Source of the DNA: Candidatus Moanibacter sp. | Lineage (GTDB): Bacteria; Verrucomicrobiota; Verrucomicrobiia; Opitutales; UBA2987 | Assembly: GCA_965215885.1 (NCBI GenBank) | Contig: CBDCEW010000077.1 | Coordinates: 1 to 33,712, forward strand | Direction of reading: 5' to 3' | Length of the DNA: 33,712 bases | Part shown: positions 1-9,068 of the stretch, piece after piece | Position numbering within the stretch: the first letter of the stretch is position 1 | Layout: the number at the start of each line of letters is the position of its first letter | Program-made: the position numbers and the translations under genes | Notes under the pieces: generated by a model | Database searches by the model: none | What the model was told of the DNA's origin: nothing | What the model saw: the letters and a program-made list of their open reading frames with translations, nothing else

Positions 1-1
1 T

Positions 2-1154
2 GACCCGGGTGCGCAAGGTGTCCAGGGCAAGATCGGGCCGCAGGGCGACCCGGGCGCACAAGGCGTCCAGGGCAAAATCGGGCCGGTGGGACCTTCGGGA
101 CCCGCAGGGCCCACCGGACCTTCAGGCGACCAGGGTGACCCAGGTGAGCAGGGCGTCCAGGGTAAGATCGGACCCCCAGGAGCTGACGGTGTAGACGGCC
201 TCCAGGGAATCCAAGGTAAAATCGGAGTCATCGGACCCCCAGGAATGGACGGTGCAATGGGAGTCATCGGAAATCCAGGAATGGACGGTGAAATCGGTCC
301 GATCGGTGCCTAGGGCGAACAAGGAAAGCTCGGACCGCAAGGAACTCCCGGACTACAGGGTGAACAGGGCAAAATCGGACTTCCCGGACTGGACGGTGCT
401 CAAGGCCCACAGGGTAAGATCGGGCCTCAGGGAATCCAAGGTAAAATCGGAGTCATCGGACCCCCAGGAATGGACGGTCAAATGGGGAGTCATCGGTCCC
501 CAGGGCGAGCAGCGCAAGCTCGGCCCCCAAGGTGAGCAAGGTGAACCGGGAGCGGCTGCGTTCCTCGGCCTGATATGCCCCGCCGGCCAGGCTGTAGTTG
601 GATTTGACGCGCAAGGAAATCTGATATGCGCCCCGTTTCAGGGCCTGAGTTCTGACTGCTCTAATGGAGCAGTACAGCAAAGTATTGGCCCCAATAGTGA
701 TATAGTAGTCTGTGAGGATCTGAGCCATGGGACGTGCGAACAGGATTTCGGGAGCCTTTGTCCGTTTGGCTGGCACCTCTGTAGCTCGGCGGAGTTCAAT
801 GTCCGAAATGACGGCTGGAGTTTTCCGAACAACTCGCCCACCAACGCCCTGGGAAATATTCAATGTCGTACTAGCGCCTCAGGTGCAGGGCACTTCACCC
901 TCTTGGTCTCTAACCTTGGTCTGGACGAACCGAATAACTGCGTATTTGGTTCTTCCAGAACCTCCTGTCCTGCAACTTTCGGCTGTAATGAACTGGTCAA
1001 TAGCGCCCTGTGCTGTGCGCCGCTGCCCAGTTGCGGTAACGGTGTCGTCGATGATCCACAGGAAGTGTGTGACGACGGCAACAACAACAATGAGGACGCT
1101 TGTCTGAATAACTGCTATCCGAGATTTGGATTTGGGCTTGGTTGCGGACAATAA
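2..1154 (+). pseudogene. Collagen-like (G-X-Y) protein with Cys-rich C-terminal head and Myxococcus-type Cys-rich repeat (DUF4215-like); 5' end outside window; interrupted
   Basis: Frame from base 2 reads DPGAQGVQGKIGPQ... as continuous G-X-Y. In-frame TAG at 311-313 (GA*GEQ), after which G-X-Y continues. Extra G in GGGG 484-487 shifts into the 252..1154 frame: CPAGQAVVGFDAQGNLIC...CGNGVVDDPQEVCDDGNNNNEDACLNNC. Confidence 0.85.
203..478 (+). repeat. 51-bp exact direct repeat inside collagen tract (203-253 = 428-478)
   Basis: cagggaatccaaggtaaaatcggagtcatcggacccccaggaatggacggt occurs twice. Confidence 0.9.
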
Positions 1155-1548
1155 GGTTACTGCGGACTGAATATTCTGCGTTTGGTGAGAAGAATAGCAG
1201 CCTCAGGCTTTTTCGATACCCCAGCCTTGTGCTGAGGAGTTTCATGATTCGAAGCTATTTAGCTAATGAACATGAAACTCCATGGGACATGCCCATGATT
1301 TCTGCGGGGAAGATTGTTCTCAGAAGTATCCAAGGATCACCTAGCGCAGCGAAGCCGCAACCAAATAAGAAGAAGAGAACCGCAGATGGACGCGAATGTA
1401 GAAGGAAACTCCTACTACCCTGGTAGCTTTGTCGCGATCCCGCTCAGCGGGACCCAAACCTTGTCGACTGCATTTCATTGAGTACCAGCCTCTTCTACGC
1501 CAAACCTTGCTAGAAGAACAAAAGTTTTACGGATTGTAACACAGATCT

Positions 1549-2496
1549 ATGTCGGGAATAAAAACAGCCCTTATTATTGCTATTTCCGTTTCATCCCCCT
1601 GGATGGTATCAGCACAGGAAGGCACGTTGCCGCTGCCCGAAGGCACATTCACTTCCCCAAACGCAACACCAGCACCATCGGAGGCTTCTCAGCCTTCCCA
1701 GACTACAAGCTATGAAGATCGGCTAATTCGCCGACTGAAATCGGAGATCATGAAGGAGTTGGAGGAAGGCGATCTTCTGAGCCGGAAGATTTCGCTCGCT
1801 ATAGAGGATTACGTCAAGAAACAGGTGGAAAGCCAACAGGCGGCGCAACAGGCTGCCCGTGATGAAGCTGAACGGCTCGCCGCGGAGAAAGCGAAGGCGG
1901 TACGTCGTGTCTCGCAGACACGGGATCACATTTTTGGCAACCCCAATGCACCATTCTCAATTATCGAGTACTCCGACTATGAGTGTAGTTACTGCAAGCG
2001 TTTTCACCCTCCCGTCAAGGAACTCATCGAGGTATTCGAGGGCGAGATAAACTGGGTCTACCGGCATTTTCCATTGGCGTTTCACAATCCTGCCGCGCAG
2101 AAAAAGGCGGAAGCGGCCGAATGTGCCGGAGAACTTGGCGGAAATGAGGTCTTCTGGAAATTCACCGATGCCCTTTATGAGCGCGGCGAGGCGGGTGGGA
2201 AAGAATTTGACATAGCCCAACTCACCCCATTCGCCATTGAGGTGGGTCTGCACAGACAGGACTTCGAAGACTGTTTGTCCAGCGGCAAGTTCAAGACGAG
2301 AGTCGAAGAGGACTTCAATGAGGGGACAAAGATCGGCATCACCGGTACTCCGGGAAATATTCTTCTTAATAACAAGAGCGGGGTGGTAGAAGTCGTCCAT
2401 GGCGCCCAGCCGCTGTCAACGCTCAAGGCGCGGGTCGAGAAACTTCTGGGCGGGAACACCGTGAAGGTTCCCGCCGCCTTGGGAAAATTAGAATAG
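1549..2496 (+). CDS. DsbA-family thiol:disulfide oxidoreductase (thioredoxin fold) with signal peptide and coiled-coil N-terminal extension
   Basis: GNPNAPFSIIEYSDYECSYCKRFH (CxxC), VYRHFPL, GITGTPG cis-Pro loop, GAQP; hydrophobic N-terminus ending VSA-Q. Confidence 0.92.
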   Translation: MSGIKTALIIAISVSSPWMVSAQEGTLPLPEGTFTSPNATPAPSEASQPSQTTSYEDRLIRRLKSEIMKELEEGDLLSRKISLAIEDYVKKQVESQQAAQQAARDEAERLAAEKAKAVRRVSQTRDHIFGNPNAPFSIIEYSDYECSYCKRFHPPVKELIEVFEGEINWVYRHFPLAFHNPAAQKKAEAAECAGELGGNEVFWKFTDALYERGEAGGKEFDIAQLTPFAIEVGLHRQDFEDCLSSGKFKTRVEEDFNEGTKIGITGTPGNILLNNKSGVVEVVHGAQPLSTLKARVEKLLGGNTVKVPAALGKLE

Positions 2497-2730
2497 GTTG
2501 GTGTCTCACCACACGGTGCGCGCGCTGTAACGTTGCGGGGTGGGAATTTCCAACATGCGCTTTTCGAATGTTAACGCCCGCACACCACACCTGCGGTAGC
2601 CTTTGGATCTCACTATTTGAGCGTGAAGATTCTGCGTGCGCGGCTGCGGTCCGATAGGCCTGCAGGAGTCTTTCCTGGTCGAGAGACGTCGTCATGGGGT
2701 CAGCCTGGAATGCCACTGACTTAGGGCAAG

Positions 2731-2824
2731 AATCGCTCGCAAGCGAGCTTCCTACGACGAACGTAAGTCTTTGTAGGAAGGCCGCTTGTCGAAGATCCTG
2801 AGCCCGGTCGAAGGGCGGCCGAAT
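2731..2824. repeat. GTAG-type REP doublet (family A); second REP has a ~28-bp insert in its loop
   Basis: atcgctcgcaagcgagcttcctac and gtaggaaggccgct[tgtcgaagatcctgagcccggtcgaagg]gcggccgaat; same arms as the 15.1-15.4 kb array. Confidence 0.75.
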
Positions 2825-2853
2825 CGTGAACTTCGGTGATCAACGTAGTGATC

Positions 2854-5245
2854 CATTAAGTTCAGACCTCACTATATTGCCCCTCTAAAGGCACTATGCA
2901 ATCGCAAGTTTAAATCCCGATTTTTTGCCCAGTCGGAAGATGATTCTTCGGCCTGAACCGTCGGGCATCAGTAAGGGCTTCTCATTGAGAGTTTGCAGAT
3001 ACTCAAGCACCACCGCCTGCACCCGAGGGGGATAAGTTGCGGTGGGGAATAAATGCGCTTCGACCGCACAGCCCCTCTCTATAAGAACGCCGTCACTGTG
3101 AGTCAAATTGCGAAACAGATCGTGGTCGTCACGATAGTTGTTGTAGCGAGCTTTAAAGGGTTCGAGCTGCTTGTAGAAGCTGTTACGGGCGAAGATTTTC
3201 AAGGCATCCATGAGGGACTTGTTAGCGGTGTCCAGGCGGACATAGTTTTCATCAATGAGGCGCTGCAGCCTCGAGCATTCGGTGTCGATTTGCTCCAGTT
3301 CGAGTTGGAGGGCTTTGAGGGCCTGATCGAGTCGACGGATCTTTTCGCCCCTTGAGGCGCTTTTGCCCGGGTGGGCATGCTCGGCCAGGAGCAGTCTTTT
3401 CAATTCTTCGGTGCATTGCTGTTTTTGCTTCAGGAGGGCTTTGGCGGCACCGCTTTTCTCCTGCTTGTCCTCAAGGTGTTGGGCTAATCGCTTGTAGTGG
3501 ACGGTGCGATAAGAGGTGATCTGATTAATCCCAAAGTGCTTATCGAGGTATTTGAAGTCATTCTCCTGAATCCAGCGACTGAACATCCCTTTGATTACCT
3601 CTTCATTTCGGGCCTGCTGATCGGTCGCCAGGATGCTCACGGTAATGGTTCGATTTTTTGGATTGGTCGCCTCCACGATCCACTGCACCAGTTGAGGATT
3701 TTTCTTCCAGGGGCCCCGCTGATAGCGAAGATGATACTCCTGGAGATCTTCGGCATGGTTGCGCGCGCGCTGCAGGCGCAACTGCCCGTCGATCCGTTGG
3801 AGGGGCTGGGCGCTGGCCTTGTAACCTTTTTCCCAGGTAATGATTTCGAGTTGAGGGTGCTCCACGATGGCTTCGTAAAACCACTCCGCGGCGATCGCCC
3901 GGTCCACGTAAATACTCACCTTCTTATCAGCCGGCAGCTGCACCAGCTCGAGCATCGCTTCGCAGTTGGGGATAAACCGTTCCCTTATATCCTCATAGTT
4001 GTCGGTACTCGCAAAATAGATCGGATAGCCCTTGAGGGTATGAATAAAATCGCTGTGGAGCGCTTTGTCGGCCAGACGGATACCCGGACACCATCCCGCC
4101 AGCACCTTGCTCATTCCGGTGTAATGTTTGGTGTGCGGATCATAATAAAAGCTCTCTTCATCCGAAGCATTCAGGCCCCTCGCGTTCACTCTGAGGATCT
4201 CTCTTAAAAGCCCTTCATCGGCCAGGGCGCTAAGGCTTTGGCGTTGCAGATAGGGGGTATACAGGACTCGCCCGATGAGTTTTTGCAGGTCTTCGAGATC
4301 GAGCAGTTTGCTCTGCTCGATATTGACCGCGGCCAACAACCCGCAAGCCACCCATTGTTTCAAAAGCCAGCCCTCTTCGCGATCAATCTGAGCGACTTCT
4401 CTGAGCGCGGCACTGAACAGAAGTACTCCCAGGTGCCGATACCATTGCACCGCTTCGGAGCTCTCCCTCGAAAAATCGGGAGACCCCTTGCGATTGTCCC
4501 CTTCGCTTTCGGGGCTATTTTCTGCTTCTTGCTCCTGTTCGTCCCTCCCCGAGTCCTCCGGGCAATCCCAGGGAGTCTCCCGATTTTGCGCCCTCTCGGC
4601 TTCGGCCTCCTTTGCCCGGGCCTCTTTAAGCTCCTTAAAGACAGGGCGCAAAGTTTCCCCACTGAGGTTAACTCCGAACACCTCCTCGATCTCCCCCCGT
4701 ATCTTCTTGCTGTAGCCATACCGACTCTCCCCATAGATCTGCCCGAAGCGCACCCGCACAAAACTCCGGATTTCCCTCGTCAATTTGCGATGAGCGCTGC
4801 GTCCCGCCAGCACTCGCGCTAAGGTCTCGGCATCTCCGCTTTGAAGCGCCTCCCCCCACCGCTTCATCGTTTTGGGGTCAACCTCAAATTGCTTCTCTAA
4901 GCGCCCTTTCTTCAACCCCGCATTGTAGAGGCGCCCCACCAATAGCTTGAATTCAACTTGCTCCCGATCGTCCTCTACGACTTCAAAAAGCTCATGCCCG
5001 TAATAGACGTGCAGTTTGCCTTCGCTCAGATCCCGATAGACCGTGATCGAGGGATTACCCTTGTCCACTCCAAGGATGCACTGTAAGAAGGTCTCTTCTT
5101 TGACGGTAGGTTTCTCCATTTTTCTTCGAATTTGATGGTTCGAAGATGAAGCCTACCGTTTTCTTTAGCTCTTAAAAGCCGGGAATTGTATCTGCGATTG
5201 CCCCCTGCCCGCCAACCCGCATGATAGCGAGTTCTGAAGTTAGTG
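2854..5245 (-). mobile_element. IS-like element bounded by imperfect 22-bp terminal inverted repeats
   Basis: cattaagttcagacctcactat (2854-2875) vs reverse complement of 5224-5245, cactaacttcagaactcgctat (18/22). They enclose the single 741-aa ORF. No target duplication seen. Confidence 0.7.
2894..5119 (-). CDS. Putative large DDE transposase (Transposase_29-like) with N-terminal HTH and internal coiled coil
   Basis: FYYDPHTKHY (D), IYVDRA (D), RWIQENDFKYL (IS4-superfamily-like R-x3-E-x3-K); HTH-like LEKQFEVDPKTMKRW; flanked by inverted repeats. Confidence 0.75.
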   Translation of the reverse strand: MEKPTVKEETFLQCILGVDKGNPSITVYRDLSEGKLHVYYGHELFEVVEDDREQVEFKLLVGRLYNAGLKKGRLEKQFEVDPKTMKRWGEALQSGDAETLARVLAGRSAHRKLTREIRSFVRVRFGQIYGESRYGYSKKIRGEIEEVFGVNLSGETLRPVFKELKEARAKEAEAERAQNRETPWDCPEDSGRDEQEQEAENSPESEGDNRKGSPDFSRESSEAVQWYRHLGVLLFSAALREVAQIDREEGWLLKQWVACGLLAAVNIEQSKLLDLEDLQKLIGRVLYTPYLQRQSLSALADEGLLREILRVNARGLNASDEESFYYDPHTKHYTGMSKVLAGWCPGIRLADKALHSDFIHTLKGYPIYFASTDNYEDIRERFIPNCEAMLELVQLPADKKVSIYVDRAIAAEWFYEAIVEHPQLEIITWEKGYKASAQPLQRIDGQLRLQRARNHAEDLQEYHLRYQRGPWKKNPQLVQWIVEATNPKNRTITVSILATDQQARNEEVIKGMFSRWIQENDFKYLDKHFGINQITSYRTVHYKRLAQHLEDKQEKSGAAKALLKQKQQCTEELKRLLLAEHAHPGKSASRGEKIRRLDQALKALQLELEQIDTECSRLQRLIDENYVRLDTANKSLMDALKIFARNSFYKQLEPFKARYNNYRDDHDLFRNLTHSDGVLIERGCAVEAHLFPTATYPPRVQAVVLEYLQTLNEKPLLMPDGSGRRIIFRLGKKSGFKLAIA

Positions 5246-5932
5246 CCATTCGGACTAATGCATCCGACTGGATGTCGTCAATGAGGTCAGCGCCTGCGAA
5301 ATGTCGGATGGTCGGGACGAATTTAACAGGATGCAAGTTTCAGTGACGGGGGATTCTGCCGTCGCCGGGATTCCGCTTTCAACTCGCGTGGGTATACCGG
5401 CTCGGACAGTACGGTCCTGAGGCGTGGGACTGATTTCCGATCCCAAGGCAACCGAAATCAAGGAGAAGGTAGGGCGCTTCGATACGGCCGAATTCCGCAC
5501 GGCTCGATGGAACCGTTGGAAAGCCGGCGGAAGGTTAACCGCTACCACATCGGTGAGTCGCTACGCCTCATGTCGAGCGATCTTAAATTCCTGAGAACTT
5601 TACTTTTGTGAGGCTCGACATCTGACGAACCCATTTGGCTCCCCGTGAAATATGGGTGTGTCGGGCTCTTACCCTGGCGAAGACACGGAGAAGGCATTGG
5701 GGAAAGACGGGAAGCCGAGTTATACGGAAGAACGTCTGGGAATTTGCGGATGGCGACTGCGTATCTCGCTCCCGAATTACCTGAGTCTGAGGGCCTCATG
5801 ATTCTGACGTCCGGCATGGAAGACCCGCTGAAGAGCGCAACTTCAGGCCGGCACTCAACAGGGGCGTGCCCGCATTACCGGGATGAATGGGAACGGTTTC
5901 TATCGACAGTGAAAAGACTTATTTTTATAAAT

Positions 5933-7415
5933 GGGTCTACAGCAGAATCTGTGGGTGGGTAACGTCGCTTACAAGAGGAAATAGAGTCGGTGAGCACAAG
6001 GAGAAGTCAGGGCGCTGCCCTGAATCCCGCTCCTCCACAGCCGGAGGGGCTGGTCGGTGTTTTCTTTGCATATGGGATTGAAAGGTTGAAGCACCGGGCC
6101 GTTCCGAGGATGAAAGTAGTACCGAAAATACATCCTGAACACGGAGGACCCAGTGCTCATCAAAACGCTACTGAATCGGTGCTATTGGCTCAAGAGCTTT
6201 GTTTACGCAAAGGCGAGTATGGAAATGGTGAAATCGGAGGAGGCGATTGTGGTGCAGATTGAGCCGCGCAAGAATAGTCGGGTGTGCTGTTCGGGGTGTG
6301 GCCGGACGGCCAGCGGCTACGACCACATGAGCGAGGCGAGGCATTTTGAATTTGTGCCCTTGTGGGGGATGAAGGTGTATTTTCGTTACCGCATGCGGCG
6401 GGTCAATTGCCGGCGGTGCGGGGTGAAGGTCGAAGAGGTGCCCTGGGCCAAGGGCAAGAGTCATCTGAGTTGGCCAATGCAATGGTTTCTGGCCCAGTGG
6501 GCGAGGCGCTTGAGCTGGGAAGAGACGGCAAGGGTTTTTCGCACGAACTGGCGCAACGTCTTCGAGTCGGTCGAGGCGATGGTGCGTTGGGGGCTCAAAC
6601 GGCGCGATATGAGCGGGATTGAGGCGATCGGAGTCGATGAGGTGCAGTATCATCGAGGCCATCACTATCTCACCGTGGTCTACCAGCTTGACGAGGGGCG
6701 GCGGCGGCTATTGGGCGTATTCAATAAGCGCAACGTAAAATCGCTCTTGCGTTTTTTCTGGGAATTGGGAGCGCAAAAGAGCAGCCAGATCCTCTACGTC
6801 TGCTCGGATCTGTGGAAGCCTTACCTCAAAGTGATCAAGAAAAAGGCACCCCAGGCGCTGCACATCCTCGATCGCTTCCACTTGGTAGCCAACCTGAACA
6901 AGGCCCTCAATGAGATTCGTGCTGCGGAAGCCAGGCGATTGCAACGGGACGGCTACATCAACGTGCTGGTCAAAAGCAAATACTGTTTCTTGAAAAATCC
7001 GCAAAATCTCACCCCCACCCAACAGATCCGCCTCAAGGAGGTGCTCCAATACGATCTGAAGAGCGTGCGGGCCTATCTACTAAAGGAGAGCTTTCAGCTC
7101 TTGTGGCATTATAAAAGTCCCTACTGGGCCCAATGGTATCTGAAAAAATGGTCCACGCGCGCCATGCGTTCGCGCCTCAAACCGATCAAAAGGTTCGTGC
7201 GCTCGGTGCGCAAACACGAGCCGCTCATCCTCAACTGGTTTCGGGCCAAAAAGGCCTTTTCCTGCGGCATTGTGGAGGGCTTTAACCGCAATATAAATCT
7301 CACTATCAGAAAAGCATACGGCTTTAAGAGCTTCGAAGTGCTTAAGATCGCCCTATTTCATACCATGGGCGACTTGCCTGAACCCGAAATAACCCACAGA
7401 TTCTGCTGACGAGGC
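5933..7415 (+). mobile_element. ISL3-family insertion sequence with 8-bp target duplication TTATAAAT
   Basis: IRL gggtctacagcagaatctgtgggt (5933-5956); IRR acccacagattctgctgacgaggc (7392-7415); TTATAAAT at 5925-5932 and 7416-7423. Confidence 0.95.
6153..7409 (+). CDS. ISL3-family transposase
   Basis: Zn-finger CSGCG...RRVNCRRCG, IGVDE, VCSDLWKPY, LDRFH, SCGIVEGFN, RKAYGF; GTG start. Confidence 0.95.
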   Translation: MLIKTLLNRCYWLKSFVYAKASMEMVKSEEAIVVQIEPRKNSRVCCSGCGRTASGYDHMSEARHFEFVPLWGMKVYFRYRMRRVNCRRCGVKVEEVPWAKGKSHLSWPMQWFLAQWARRLSWEETARVFRTNWRNVFESVEAMVRWGLKRRDMSGIEAIGVDEVQYHRGHHYLTVVYQLDEGRRRLLGVFNKRNVKSLLRFFWELGAQKSSQILYVCSDLWKPYLKVIKKKAPQALHILDRFHLVANLNKALNEIRAAEARRLQRDGYINVLVKSKYCFLKNPQNLTPTQQIRLKEVLQYDLKSVRAYLLKESFQLLWHYKSPYWAQWYLKKWSTRAMRSRLKPIKRFVRSVRKHEPLILNWFRAKKAFSCGIVEGFNRNINLTIRKAYGFKSFEVLKIALFHTMGDLPEPEITHRFC

Positions 7416-9068
7416 TTATAAATTACTTTTTACCTTGCAATAATGTATTCGAGCAGAATTTTTTTTGAGATTCATATCCAAAACCCTCAGGGAGGACTAT
7501 TAAAGTGAAGAAGGAACTACCGTCAAATCATCAATCAATTCTCAAACATGTAATCATTTTCGTCGCGTTGCTGTTCTTCGCAACTTCGCTTGTCTTTGCG
7601 AAAAAAGACAAGGATAAGGATAAGGATGGTGGCGGAGGGAGCCAAGCTTTGAGGATCGTAGCCGCGGAGCCCGACCTCGAGGCGGGGACGATTCTCATCA
7701 CCGGCTTTAATTTCTCCACGGGTTCTTCTTTTGATGGGGTGGTGGAGCTCTTCTTCCCGCCGGATGCGGAGGAGGGGCCTGCTGTGCTCACGGTCATATC
7801 ATTCGATCCGGACGTGCCCCAGATAATCTTTGCCGGGCCGCTACCCGGAGGCATAGAGGATTTCCCCGGTACCTACGTTTTGCAAGTGCGCAGAGAGGAC
7901 GGCTCTGGCGATAAAGGCAAAGATAAAGACGGGCATTCGCCCGGCAGTGCCGATGACATTGATGTGACCTTCGGCGCGGTAGGGCTAACGGGCGCCACCG
8001 GGCCACAGGGCGAGCAAGGCAAACTCGGCCCCTAGGGCGTGCAGGGCAAGATCGGTCCTCAGGGTGTGCAGGGCAAGATCGGTGATCAGGGCGTGCAGGG
8101 CAAGATCGGTGAAACTGGGGCGCAGGGACCTACTGGCGCTGACGGTCCCACTGGCTATGGCGCCGGTCCCACTGGCGATGATGGCGCTACTGGACCTACC
8201 GGACCCACTGGCGCTGACGGGGCTGTTGTTGCCAGAATAGTATTTACTACCATCGCTCTAAACACCGGCAACCTAGGTGGCCTCGAAGGCGCGGATGCGA
8301 TCTGTAACCAGCTTGCTGATGCAGCGGGGTTGACCGGTCCATACATGGCCTGGTTGTCGGACACTACGGGGTCGCCCAGCACACGATTTGACCAGTCTCC
8401 TGGCCCCTATGTGCGGGTCGATGGCGTCATAGTAGCAGACGATTGGGACGATCTCACCGACGGGTCTGTGGATAATCTACCAAACATTGACGAAAACGGT
8501 TCAGTAGCAGGTGACTTTATGTGGACCGGCACAAACACCGACGGGACCGCGCAAGGCGGCTTTACTTGCTCCAACTGGAGCACCGATGTGGGGACTGCCT
8601 TCGTCGGTTTCAATTTCGTAACGGATTCACGTTGGACAGCCGCACAAAATTCGAATTGCGAGGGTGGCGGTGGTTCTCGCTTTTACTGTTTTGAGCAATT
8701 TACAGGAACCGACGGCGCTACCGGACCTACCGGAGCGCAAGGCGCACAAGGTAAGCTCGGCGATACCGGCTCACAAGGTCCCGTAGGACCCACTGGACCT
8801 TCAGGACCCCTGGGCGACCAGGGAGCGCAGGGCAAAGCTCGGAAATACTGGGCCGCAGGGTGTGCAGGGCAAGATGGGACCGCCAGGCCCGCAGCAAATA
8901 CTCGTTATTCAGAAGGTATCCAATACGTTAACAGTGGGTCCTGGCAGCAACGCGTCAAGAACCATAAGCTGTCCCGCAGGATTCAAGTCCATAAGTGGAG
9001 GATGGCAACACGAATCAGGCCCCAAGGGCGATATACACAGGGTAAAAGGATTCCAGGAAGCAACTAGC

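Noticed and set aside
3053..4859. Antisense and alternate-frame ORFs over the transposase (and similar ones across the window)
   Set aside because: Shadows of longer motif-supported genes in GC-rich DNA.
5255..5932. Short ORFs between the two left IS elements
   Set aside because: No recognisable motifs in the frames read; probably decayed or non-coding, left unannotated.
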